From the NCBI GenBank assembly GCA_947465765.1, contig CANIAP010000001.1, positions 9,349 through 73,348 of the forward strand: 64,000 nucleotides of DNA, read 5' to 3'. Shown in pieces: positions 20,101 through 28,954 of this stretch. The notes beneath the pieces were generated by a model. That model was given only the letters and a program-made list of their open reading frames with translations. It had not been told where the DNA came from and did no database searches. How positions within the stretch are numbered: position 1 is the stretch's first letter; each line of letters opens with the position of its first letter. Made by a program: the position numbers and the translations under genes. The stretch comes from a bacterium (GTDB lineage Bacteria > Margulisbacteria > Marinamargulisbacteria > SXXA01).

Positions 20101-21940
20101 TTTTGCTGCGGTCAGAGTTTCCCAAACGGAATGAATGGATATACCCGTACAATGTCTCTGGGGTGCCCACTCGGGTGGTGAGTTCGTCGAACACATACAC
20201 CCCGAGATTTTGAAGAATGGGCATGATATTGATAAGGTCGATTTTGTTGCGGTTATAGATGCTTAGCATCGAGGCCTTGCCTTTAAGTGATGAGTTCTCC
20301 GTATTCACCGGGCCGAGGTCAAATTGGATCGTATTTTCGTGGACCACTTTTTCGAGAAACAGAATGTCTCTGACGGTTTCGACGGGGTTTCGACGCACGC
20401 GGTGATGACTGGGAAATGCATTAATATAGTGAGCGTATAGGCGTTGTGCCGATTGCCCTGGGAACTGGGTTTGAATGGCGTCTTTAAGGCGTTCTTCCCA
20501 TGGCTTAATAAGCTCGCGAAGGTCGATTTGCAGATGGGTTTCACTGGGTTTCCAATGGGTATCGTCGGTTTGCTCAAAATAAAAATGGAGTCGGGTATGA
20601 TCTGGGCCGTCGACCTCGACCACTTCAAATTGTGAATGAGGGACGTGTTGGATGAGATAGTCTCGAATGAGTTCGATATTGGTGCGTGTAAATAAATGCT
20701 CTGGGACCGTTACCATGAGTAAGGTTCTGCCGATGCCGGTGGCTTCACGGTGGAAGCAATAGACGTCGCTAGGATTCGTGATCGATAGCACTGATTCAAC
20801 GATAAAAAGCAGATCGTCAGTGGCGCTTCGAAACAGTTCGAACTTCGGAATCGACGTAAAGATACGAATGACTTCGTTGTAGTCGTAGCTGCCAGGAAGC
20901 ATTCGTTTTGCGTCGAAGATGTGTTTCATCTTCAAATGAATAATTGGGGTTTCAAGGTTTTTAGCGAGTAACGAGCTGCGTTTTAGGACCCCAATAAAAT
21001 TATGTTCTATGGTTTGTTTGTCGATGGTCATTCGAAAGCTGAGCCGCATAAGGTGCTCAAATCTCTGAATAGGAGAATTGATCGGAATCGTGTCAAAAAC
21101 AAAGGGTGATTGATTGGTCCTCATTCTCCAGCTATGAGCGGACAATACGCTGCCGATTTGAGGGTGATCAGTCTGGTAGAGTGGGCTCAAAATGCCCACT
21201 CCATCGAAAATAGGCGCATTTGAGTTTGCAAAGTTTAATGCCGCGTACCCAAAAAACGAAAAATTGTCTTGTTGAAGCCAATCAATCAGATTGATCCACT
21301 CGTCTTTGGTTTCCGCCAGAATCACTTTGCTGAGGCTGACTTCAGCTTTAAGTTGGTCTAACTTTTGTCGGAGGGGGGTCTGGCTGAGTTGGGCATTTTG
21401 GAGTGCATTCATGTGCCGTTGAATTTGAGATAAAAAGACATCGACATGGGAGTCGTCTTCGATACCCTCGAACTCGATATAGGTAACGGAGAAGAGTCGC
21501 GTATTTGCTGTGGGTGTGGAGATCTGTTGAACTTGATTCGATGGGTTTATCGAAACAGTCATAATCGGGTGCAGCAATTTTGTGATTTTGCAGCCAAATT
21601 CTTTAAATACTTCTGAAAATGTCATGACCATAAACATCGCATCGGGGACGACATATTCGAGTACTCGGCGAATGCCTACCAATTCTGAATTTTGGTCGAG
21701 AGTAAAAATTCTGATATCACCGCCAGAAGCCAACGCATTCGTGAAAAACTGGTAGCGCTCTCCTATAAATATTTCGAAGTCATCGGGCGAGTAATTTTTA
21801 AGCGTTCGTGTGGAATTGGCCTGGAGATAACAGGTTGCAAATTGCCTGAGAATGGGGTCTTTGGGAAGCGCATTAATAAGTGGTTCAATCGCAGAGTTAT
21901 CGTCGGATTGGGAGACAGGGGTCGATTGTGGTTTCGGCAT
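17168..21940 (-). CDS. gdh: Large NAD-specific glutamate dehydrogenase
   Basis: 1590 aa with ARGGIRWSDR, VKTQQTKNVVIVPVGSKGGF, YLVVAADKGTA, GIGDMSGDVFGNG and NTDAIDNSAGV. Confidence 0.95.
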   Translation of the reverse strand: MPKPQSTPVSQSDDNSAIEPLINALPKDPILRQFATCYLQANSTRTLKNYSPDDFEIFIGERYQFFTNALASGGDIRIFTLDQNSELVGIRRVLEYVVPDAMFMVMTFSEVFKEFGCKITKLLHPIMTVSINPSNQVQQISTPTANTRLFSVTYIEFEGIEDDSHVDVFLSQIQRHMNALQNAQLSQTPLRQKLDQLKAEVSLSKVILAETKDEWINLIDWLQQDNFSFFGYAALNFANSNAPIFDGVGILSPLYQTDHPQIGSVLSAHSWRMRTNQSPFVFDTIPINSPIQRFEHLMRLSFRMTIDKQTIEHNFIGVLKRSSLLAKNLETPIIHLKMKHIFDAKRMLPGSYDYNEVIRIFTSIPKFELFRSATDDLLFIVESVLSITNPSDVYCFHREATGIGRTLLMVTVPEHLFTRTNIELIRDYLIQHVPHSQFEVVEVDGPDHTRLHFYFEQTDDTHWKPSETHLQIDLRELIKPWEERLKDAIQTQFPGQSAQRLYAHYINAFPSHHRVRRNPVETVRDILFLEKVVHENTIQFDLGPVNTENSSLKGKASMLSIYNRNKIDLINIMPILQNLGVYVFDELTTRVGTPETLYGYIHSFRLGNSDRSKIDEKRLKSILNSLLTEIFEGRTENDRLNALALGAELEWRAINILQTYRNLYLQLGTSYSKDKVNTVLLAHKPSTKALFRYFETKFSVDPQFGKQEYRIEVLLPRASHEFHDTLTQVQEVSDDTILRHLFNLVEATIRTNFYIPKHNRDTFISIKVESKKVKFMPAPTPYREIYVHDVGMEGTHLRFGPIARGGIRWSDRHDDFRKEVLGLVKTQQTKNVVIVPVGSKGGFVLKRPLASKEDAANESIVQYRKFISALLDITDNIDTNGSIKHPHHVIAYDQTDPYLVVAADKGTASFSDIANEISEKYEFWLGDAFASGGSIGYNHKKEAITARGGWECVKLHFMEMGKNIDKESFSAVGIGDMSGDVFGNGLLLSKTIKLHAAFNHAHIFVDPSPNALISWDERKRLFDLPRSAWTDYSPSAISQGGGVFERKAKEIIVTPEIRELLGIKEAVINGEELIRFILKAKVDLMWLGGIGTYFKGSAQAQSSVGDPTNDSVRIDITDCRAAVIGEGANLGVTQPARIEFALAGGRINTDAIDNSAGVNMSDYEVNIKILLKQMLEENLLNSMDDRNELLEAATNEVSELVLANNQGQHRLLSMDSIRSKKQLGIFIKLIQNYVANGFLDAKTEQIPEISDLEQMAASGTSLPRPVLAVIQAYTKMNIYDRLMNSNILDDPYFIEFYEHYFPVTIRNKIGKKIPKHRLQRNILGTILTNKIINQAGILFFFQMEQMTGKPVDQIAKAYYLLDSSFGTHELRQLIIQEPIPEQDKYTALIEIEHYLTEWTQSLLLLPNFDTSFEWAPLIGQLVAEILPKITSNKAAVARWKHRGLPETAAKQLVSLDGLNCITDILFLQLKFGIKGIAQIVDLIDTIESKFELKWVENAIQNLDPRTQWELSHKGILLQTVKMQKFTIIRQVTGKDTTKKPQIDDAINALQQLHQLDFKIYFETLSELKGSRNTNLTTLTVAVNRLNFLNG

Positions 21941-22082
21941 GGGTGATTGTCCTTACGCTGAAAAATTGGAGTGATTAAAGTTGATTTCGGGGGAAGTTCC
22001 ATAGTAACGGAGACCCGTCATGGGGGCAAACGGACAGCCATCGTTTTTTTTGCGACCGCTCTTTATGGTACACTTCGTTTTA

Positions 22083-24107
22083 ATGACTTCTATCGTCAAA
22101 AAAGCGATAAATGCCCCAATAGGGCATGACGACCGAGATCCGATTGTTTGGAATCCTCCTGGGATTTTTGAAACACGGGTGGGCGATTTTATTCATGGGG
22201 TCAATCGCCAGTTTGACCTAACGATTGATAGCTACGCGTCACTTCATCGGTGGTCTGTCACCGAAATAGGACCGTTTTGGCAGACTTTATTTGATACGGC
22301 GGGTTTAATCTATGACGGAGATTCGGCTTCGGCGGTTGAACGTGCGTGTCTTTGGCCCCGGCCCCAGTGGTTTCCCAATGTTCGAATTAACTACGCCGAA
22401 AACATGCTTAAGAATAAGTCCGACCACCCGGCACTTATTTATTATTCGGAGCATCAGCCGGTTCAAACGATCACGTTTTCGGCCCTTTCGGAACAGGTGG
22501 CACAGCTGTCGGATTGGATGCGCCAGCGAGGAATTGGGGTAGGAGATGTAGTTGCAGGATTAGTTTCCAATTGCCCGGAGGCGGTGGTGGTGCTCTTGGC
22601 AGCGGCGGCGGTCGGAGCGATTTGGACGTCCTGCTCACCCGATTCCGGGACACAGTTCGCTATTGATCGATTCAGCCAGACACTGCCTAAGTTATTGGTC
22701 GCTGTCGATGGCTACGTATATGACGACACGATTTTTACCGTTGGAGATAAGATCCAAGAATTACGGGATGGGTTGCCGACGCTTCAGTCGATGTTGATTA
22801 TTTCTCGAATTCCTGGAGCTGTTTCTGACGACGACCTGGTATTTTATGAATCGATTGTAACGTCGGTCAATCCGGTCCCTGAACTGCGATTTGAGCGGCT
22901 TAGTTTTTCTCACCCCCTCTACATTTTGTATTCATCAGGAACGACGGGTAAGCCAAAATGTTTGGTGCATAGTGCGGGAGGCAGCCTTCTTCAACATATC
23001 AAAGAACATCGACTTCAATGTGATCTTCGACCCCTGGATCGGTTGATGTATTACACGACAACATCGTGGATGATGTGGAATTGGTTGGTGTCGGGGTTGG
23101 CCAGCGATGTCACGGTTGTCTTATTCGAAGGGAAGCCAGATCCTGCGGTGGTTTGGGAGTTTATTCGGACTGCTGAAGTCAATGCGTTTGGCACCAGTGC
23201 CTCTTGGATTTCGTTATGCCAAAAAACGAAGGTGGGGCCGACGGCTGCTCAGGTGGCCTCGATTTCCCTATTGATGTCGACGGGCTCCGCGCTGTTGCGT
23301 GACCATTTTGATTATATTTACTCAGAGATTAAGTCCGATATTCAAGTCGCGTCGATTTCGGGTGGAACCGATATTGTATCTTGTTTTGCACTGGGAGGGC
23401 CTGTTCCTGTGCGTCGAGGACGCCTTCAGTGCGCCGGTTTGGGCATGGCGGTGGAGGTGTGGGATGACGATGCCCAGCGGGTGTTTGGGGTCCAAGGCGA
23501 ACTGGTATGTACCCAGCCGTTTCCGTGTATGCCCGTTTATTTCTTGAACGATTCGACCGGTGAAAAATATCATTCGGCGTATTTTGAGCGGTTTGACGGA
23601 ATTTGGACCCATGGTGATAGTGCGATTCAATATGAGGATGGAAGCCTTGAAATTGTGGGCCGATCCGACAGCACGATTAAGCATCACGGAGTTAGAGTGG
23701 GGACGGGTGATCTCTACAATGTGTTAGAAGGTATCCCGGCGATTCATGATTCGTTAGTAGTTGGCCGACGGGTGGGGGATGACGAAGACATTATCGTGTT
23801 TCTGGTACTGAACTCAGGGGAACTTCTTGATGCGACTTTGAGGCGAGATATTCGATTGGCGTTAACGGCCCAATCTCCGTGGTTTAAACCAGATGCCCTT
23901 TTTAAAGTGTCTGATATCCCCGTTACCGCCAACGGAAAAAAGAGCGAAATTCTGGTTAAAAATCTACTCAACGGGACTCCCATAAGCAATTTGTCGGTGA
24001 TTAAAAATCCGAGATGTTTAGTGGAATATCAGGAAATTGCAAAACAAATATCCGATGCGGAGGCACTCAAACGGAGTCGATCGGGGCGTACAGAGTCTAG
24101 ATCTTAG
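22083..24107 (+). CDS. Acetoacetate--CoA ligase (acetoacetyl-CoA synthetase)
   Basis: WFPNVRINYAEN, LYILYSSGTTGKPKC, TTTSWMMWNW, SISGGTD and WTHGD...GRSD. Start uncertain: the ORF opens at 22020, and ATG 22083 follows a -10-like box. Confidence 0.9.
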   Translation: MTSIVKKAINAPIGHDDRDPIVWNPPGIFETRVGDFIHGVNRQFDLTIDSYASLHRWSVTEIGPFWQTLFDTAGLIYDGDSASAVERACLWPRPQWFPNVRINYAENMLKNKSDHPALIYYSEHQPVQTITFSALSEQVAQLSDWMRQRGIGVGDVVAGLVSNCPEAVVVLLAAAAVGAIWTSCSPDSGTQFAIDRFSQTLPKLLVAVDGYVYDDTIFTVGDKIQELRDGLPTLQSMLIISRIPGAVSDDDLVFYESIVTSVNPVPELRFERLSFSHPLYILYSSGTTGKPKCLVHSAGGSLLQHIKEHRLQCDLRPLDRLMYYTTTSWMMWNWLVSGLASDVTVVLFEGKPDPAVVWEFIRTAEVNAFGTSASWISLCQKTKVGPTAAQVASISLLMSTGSALLRDHFDYIYSEIKSDIQVASISGGTDIVSCFALGGPVPVRRGRLQCAGLGMAVEVWDDDAQRVFGVQGELVCTQPFPCMPVYFLNDSTGEKYHSAYFERFDGIWTHGDSAIQYEDGSLEIVGRSDSTIKHHGVRVGTGDLYNVLEGIPAIHDSLVVGRRVGDDEDIIVFLVLNSGELLDATLRRDIRLALTAQSPWFKPDALFKVSDIPVTANGKKSEILVKNLLNGTPISNLSVIKNPRCLVEYQEIAKQISDAEALKRSRSGRTESRS

Positions 24108-24933
24108 ATTTCCTAAGAAATTCAGGCGAGCCAATCGGACGAAGGATATCGGGTGCGTTATGAATTGCGTCTACGAATTGATCAATTAGGGCGGCATTGT
24201 TTTCGGCAATTTCGCCAGACGATAGTAGATGATTATTCTCGAATCCAATCCGAACATGACCGCCGTTGCGTACGGATTCTAACATGCACTCCAATTCGTC
24301 TTCGCCAAATGCACATACTGTCCAGTGGAGGGACACGTCGCTTAATGTTGCGTTGTGGGCTTCAATAAACGGAGCCAATTCGGATGGGTGGCCTTTTTGC
24401 CCGGTTTTTTTTCCCAATACGTACAGCAAAAAATACTGAGGTTCGTTGGGGACAATTCCACGTGTCCGTAACTCTGCAAAATATCGGACGTCATCATCTG
24501 AATAACAAATGTATTGAACCAAAATATCTTGGGCATGAGCCCAGTTTAAAAACGATTGGGCGGCAGGTTCAAACGAGGGGTCTGGAACCAATTCCCGAAT
24601 CCCAATGGATGCCGACTCAGGGACCAATGCCTGAATCGTTGAGATCATGTCGGGGGCTGAATATATCCCTACGGTTTCGGTCGTCACTTGAAGCACCATT
24701 CGGTCACCGACGGCCTTTCGAATTGCGGTCAATGCCGTCCGATACCGATCGGGGTCTAATGAATGGCGTTGGGCGTCGTCGCGGACATGAAGGTGAAATA
24801 ATGAGACGCCGGCATCGGCACATCGAACGGCTTCTGCTGCAAGTTCATCCGGTGAGATGGGAATCGTAGGGAGGTCCATCTTGGTTTTTCGTGCCCCGTT
24901 TGGGGCCACGCAGATTGTAATCGCGCGGGTCAT
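24097..24933 (-). CDS. Beta-keto acid cleavage enzyme (BKACE / Kce / DUF849 family)
   Basis: APNGAR, P..PDELA.EA..C, Zn-binding HLHVR, and GGHVRIGFENN. Confidence 0.9.
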   Translation of the reverse strand: MTRAITICVAPNGARKTKMDLPTIPISPDELAAEAVRCADAGVSLFHLHVRDDAQRHSLDPDRYRTALTAIRKAVGDRMVLQVTTETVGIYSAPDMISTIQALVPESASIGIRELVPDPSFEPAAQSFLNWAHAQDILVQYICYSDDDVRYFAELRTRGIVPNEPQYFLLYVLGKKTGQKGHPSELAPFIEAHNATLSDVSLHWTVCAFGEDELECMLESVRNGGHVRIGFENNHLLSSGEIAENNAALIDQFVDAIHNAPDILRPIGSPEFLRKSKI

Positions 24934-26270
24934 TGAATCACAGAGTGGATCGCTTGGGCTAGTTTACTGACCAGTTCATCAATCTGAGTTTCAGTGATGA
25001 TGAAGGGGGGGGAAATCATAATGTGGTCGCCATGTTTTCCATCTAAAGTTCCGCCCATCGGGTAGCACATTAGACCGGCGTCCATTGCCGCTTTTTTTAT
25101 TTTTACATTGATTTTGAGAGTGGGGTCGAATGGCGTTTTGGTGGCGCGATCCTGGACCAACTCTAATCCCCGGAATAGCCCTCGGCCTCGAATATCCCCC
25201 ACATTCGAGTGATTTCCAAACTCCGCGTGGAGTCGTTTCGAGAGAATGTCGCCCATCGTTCGCACTTGGCTGATCAATTGATCACGTTCAATAATTTCTT
25301 GAACTTTAAGTGCTGTAGCACAGGCCAATGCGTGCCCCATGTAAGTATGGCCATGTTGAAAAAATCCGGTACCCGTCTGAATTGCACTAAATATCGAGTC
25401 GGAGACCAGTAATGCGCCGATGGGTTGGTATCCTGCACCCAAGCCCTTGGCTATGGTGATCATGTCGGGAATAATGCCTTCTTGTTCACAGGCGAAGAGA
25501 CTTCCCACACGGCCCATTCCGCACATCACTTCGTCGAGAATCAGTAGAACATCATACTGATCGCAGATCTCACGGATCCGCTTAAAATATCCAGGCGCTG
25601 CAGTGACACAGCCCATGGTTGCGCCGACCACTGGTTCTGCAATGAACGCGGCTACCGTTTCGGGCCCAACATGCAAAATTTCGGTTTCTAGTTCATTCGC
25701 GACACGTAATCCATATGCCTCAGGTGTTTCATCCGATTTCTGTCCACGGTATTCATAACATGCAGAGATGTGTGATGTGGGTACCAGTATCGGGTCAAAC
25801 ATTGCGCGACGCCACAGATTGCCGCCGGCTGATAATGCGCCGATTGTGTTGCCGTGATAGCTTTGCAACCGGGCAATAACTCGGTGTTTTTGATTGCGGC
25901 CTGTTTCGACAAAATATTGCCGTGCCAATTTAAGTGCGGCTTCTACGGCCTCTGATCCGCCAGACAAAAAATAAACGGCATCGATTCCTGGCGGGGCATT
26001 TAGAGTTAAAAACTCAGCCAACTGTTCCATGGGCTCGTTTGTGAAAAAACTGGTATGCGCAAATGCCATTTGGCGTGCCTGGTGAGCAATTGTATCAATG
26101 ATTTCGAGGTTGGAATGCCCAAGACAGGAGACGGCGGCTCCGGACGACCCGTCTAAATAGCGTTTTCCATTTTGGTCGATGAGGTAACATCCATCGCCTG
26201 CAACGGCGATGGGCATCGACCCTAGCGTGTGGCGATGAAAAACCTTGGTTGAGGCGAGTGGCGGTGTCAT
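24930..26270 (-). CDS. Class III PLP aminotransferase (omega/beta-amino-acid transaminase type)
   Basis: YLDGSSGAAVSCLGH, SGGSEAVE, SYHGNT, LDEVMCGMGR, AKGLG and HGHTY. Confidence 0.92.
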   Translation of the reverse strand: MTPPLASTKVFHRHTLGSMPIAVAGDGCYLIDQNGKRYLDGSSGAAVSCLGHSNLEIIDTIAHQARQMAFAHTSFFTNEPMEQLAEFLTLNAPPGIDAVYFLSGGSEAVEAALKLARQYFVETGRNQKHRVIARLQSYHGNTIGALSAGGNLWRRAMFDPILVPTSHISACYEYRGQKSDETPEAYGLRVANELETEILHVGPETVAAFIAEPVVGATMGCVTAAPGYFKRIREICDQYDVLLILDEVMCGMGRVGSLFACEQEGIIPDMITIAKGLGAGYQPIGALLVSDSIFSAIQTGTGFFQHGHTYMGHALACATALKVQEIIERDQLISQVRTMGDILSKRLHAEFGNHSNVGDIRGRGLFRGLELVQDRATKTPFDPTLKINVKIKKAAMDAGLMCYPMGGTLDGKHGDHIMISPPFIITETQIDELVSKLAQAIHSVIQ

Positions 26271-26272
26271 GG

Positions 26273-27790
26273 TTATTTCGTCAATAAGAAACCGGTATCG
26301 TCGCTAATAATGCGATCCATATATCCTGATATCCATAGAGCGTCAGGGTTGCTTCTGGCGACAATAATATTGCCGAGAATGTCCCCGCCGGATGGGGCGC
26401 GTAAAACCTTCAAAATAATGGTGCCGTTGGTGACACCGATGACTTCCATTTTTCCGTATTCAGTTGACATGGTGTATCGGGCTTGTTTCTCTACACCGGA
26501 TAACCCGCGTTGGGATTCGGTATAAATTCGCCATGCGGTTTCTACGGGCACGGCGAAGAGCCGGTGGCCTTCGATTTCTCGACATTGAAACAAATAATGA
26601 TTCCCGATCCCTTTAGAGTAAAGCTCTCGTTGCAAAATGTGGAGGGCTTTGGCATCGTCGTTCACATCGGCAATGATCGGCGTCTGATTCTCGAGAGAAA
26701 TAAAATTACCTCGGGAGGTCAATCCTTCAACGGCGTTTCGGACGGTTTCCATCCATACATATCGGCTATTTACCTTGACGTAGTGCCCGTCATCAGATTT
26801 TTCAAGAAATTCATCGGGATGGGTGAAGTGGACGGCGAATACGACGCGAACCCGAGGGAATAGTTTATGGAATCCATCGAGCATTGCAAAGAAATCTGCG
26901 TCGACGCGCTCGGGGAAAAAGGCCAATTCTTTGGTGCCGATCCGTACTTGTTCGACCCCAGCCTGGGCGAGGCCTACCATAAACGTGGCAATTCGTTTGT
27001 CCATAAGGGCGAGAGGATCTCCGCCGGAAAGAAGTGCTTCTCGAATCGGATAAATTCGCTTCCCTGTTTCGGGGTCAAAGCCACGATTGGATTCTACCCA
27101 GTGATTATGTTTTCGGATGTAGTCGAGGTGGGCGTGGAACTCATCGGGGTTGATCGCTGTTTTGCCGGTTTTTTGAGTAAATAAATCGAGTCGATAACAA
27201 TACCGACAATGAGACGAGCAGGTGCTTGATACCATGAAAAGCATCATTTCATATTTGTGAAGTGCGCCAGGTACAGGAGAAAATTTATTCTGATTGGAAG
27301 GGTCTGCTTCCCCACTTAAATCTTCGGTTTCTTCGGCACGTGCTTTGACTAAGTTGCGGATGGGTTGACTCTTCATCGCTAACCGCATGTAGTAGTCGGT
27401 GATTTTGACTTTCATACGGTCTTCGATATCTCGCTCAGTCCCTCGAAGTTTATCAAATTCAGCTAACTCTTCAGGTGTATAAAATTCTTTAAATTCATCT
27501 GAAACCGCCCCTTGTGAAAAGGGACGAAATGACGCGGTTCCGGCGCCATGTTTGCCGCCACGATCATGTCTTTTTGCGGGGATCAAACTTAAAAATAAGG
27601 CTTGTTTGACTTCGTCTGCCATTGTTCTCAAATCGGTGGTGTTAAATGTAGTGAGATCGTGAATTCCGAATGTGCCTGCAAGATCGGCTTGGAGTGTTGA
27701 CGGGTGAGGTGCCGCATTTTTAGGTTCCTCGATCGTCGATTCAATGGTTTGGGTAGCGGTTATTTCTTTTTGTGTATTCTGGGTAGTCAT
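26273..27790 (-). CDS. KamA-family radical SAM/PLP 2,3-aminomutase, probably not lysine-specific
   Basis: GALHKY, CSSHCRYCYR, LLSGGDPL, RIGTK, HFTHP, NQTPII..VND, YLFQC, and the PLP-Lys region EYGKM. SD gaggag upstream. Confidence 0.85.
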   Translation of the reverse strand: MTTQNTQKEITATQTIESTIEEPKNAAPHPSTLQADLAGTFGIHDLTTFNTTDLRTMADEVKQALFLSLIPAKRHDRGGKHGAGTASFRPFSQGAVSDEFKEFYTPEELAEFDKLRGTERDIEDRMKVKITDYYMRLAMKSQPIRNLVKARAEETEDLSGEADPSNQNKFSPVPGALHKYEMMLFMVSSTCSSHCRYCYRLDLFTQKTGKTAINPDEFHAHLDYIRKHNHWVESNRGFDPETGKRIYPIREALLSGGDPLALMDKRIATFMVGLAQAGVEQVRIGTKELAFFPERVDADFFAMLDGFHKLFPRVRVVFAVHFTHPDEFLEKSDDGHYVKVNSRYVWMETVRNAVEGLTSRGNFISLENQTPIIADVNDDAKALHILQRELYSKGIGNHYLFQCREIEGHRLFAVPVETAWRIYTESQRGLSGVEKQARYTMSTEYGKMEVIGVTNGTIILKVLRAPSGGDILGNIIVARSNPDALWISGYMDRIISDDTGFLLTK

Positions 27791-27992
27791 ATGCCCTATT
27801 CTCCTCTTTTTTTTACGAAGTAACAGTCTTAAAAGTACCGGCCCCCCCCTATGGGGTACCCGGGCTAAACGTGTGCACTTTATACGGGGGAGGGTGTAAA
27901 TGCTAGGAAAAAATTCTAATCGGATGTTTTGGCGGTGGGATCTTCGGGTATAATTGAACTATTCCAAAAATAGAAAACTATGGAGGTCTTTC

Positions 27993-28916
27993 GTGGCCGT
28001 TAGCTATGTTGTTTTATTAGAATCTCAATCGATGCTCCCTCTTTTTTTTGAGAAATTTCGCGAGATTTCGGTATCGAGAGGGGGCGAATCCGATGCGTTC
28101 GATGTGGTCGCTGACTCAAAAACGAAGTTGATTTTGTCGGGGGATATCGTTGGGTTTGTCATGTGGGATGGGCTGGATCCAGTGGGATTGGCGTGGGTAG
28201 AGCGGATGACGCCGACCTATGGGAGTATTCTGGTCTATACGGCTGGGCGAGAGTATCAGGCGGATCTGGTGAATTGGTTGGTGGATTCCAAGCTGGCGGT
28301 GGGTGTGATGGCCGAGTTACTTCATTTTGAAGTCGATGAGTCTATTTGTGACCTATTTCGCGCCCGAGGGTTGATGGAGATTCCGCGTCAGCGGATGGTG
28401 TGCCATTTGCCTGAAACTCTCGACTATCCTCAGATTCCGGATGGGTACACCTTGTTGCCCTTGAGTAATAAAACGGCGTTACAAGTTGCCAATCTCAGTG
28501 TTTCCGCCCATAAGGTCAGCGGTGACTATCGAGGATATCCTGACATGGAGACGGTAGAGGGGCGATTGCGTATGGAGCATTTGGTGCACTCTCAATTTTA
28601 TGGACCGCTCTGTCACCCTGCATCGGTGGGGCTCATGGTAGGTGATGAAATGCATAGTGTGATTCTCAATCTTTTAATTCCCTGCTGGGGTCAGGCAAAA
28701 ATGCCGTGGATCTATGATGTTGCAACCGCGACTGAGGCAATGGGGCGTGGTCTTGGCGAATGGATGCTTACCTATACCAAAGCCATCTTTGTGGATTTTA
28801 ATTTCACAATGTGGGGATTGGCGGTGTCTCAATGCAATGTGGGGGCGATTCGTGTGTATGAGCGGAATGGGTTCGTGGTGGTCGATACGTTTTCGGAGTT
28901 TTTGCAACACGCTTAG
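27993..28916 (+). CDS. GNAT family N-acetyltransferase (probably tandem GNAT)
   Basis: C-terminal AMGRGLG...LAVSQCNVGAIRVYERNGF. GTG 27993 is preceded by the SD ggagg. Confidence 0.75.
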   Translation: MAVSYVVLLESQSMLPLFFEKFREISVSRGGESDAFDVVADSKTKLILSGDIVGFVMWDGLDPVGLAWVERMTPTYGSILVYTAGREYQADLVNWLVDSKLAVGVMAELLHFEVDESICDLFRARGLMEIPRQRMVCHLPETLDYPQIPDGYTLLPLSNKTALQVANLSVSAHKVSGDYRGYPDMETVEGRLRMEHLVHSQFYGPLCHPASVGLMVGDEMHSVILNLLIPCWGQAKMPWIYDVATATEAMGRGLGEWMLTYTKAIFVDFNFTMWGLAVSQCNVGAIRVYERNGFVVVDTFSEFLQHA

Positions 28917-28954
28917 TCCCCCTTTAATGGGAGCTGTGGTACGATGCCGCGACC

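Noticed and set aside
24097-27790. Classical lysine fermentation (kamA-kce) or EpmB
   Set aside because: No kamD/kamE, kdd, kal, efp or epmA nearby, and the lysine-binding aspartates are missing.
26273-28916. ablA/ablB N-acetyl-beta-lysine osmolyte pair
   Set aside because: The GNAT is divergent, co-oriented with the GT9 genes and not recognisably AblB. The aminomutase does not look lysine-specific.
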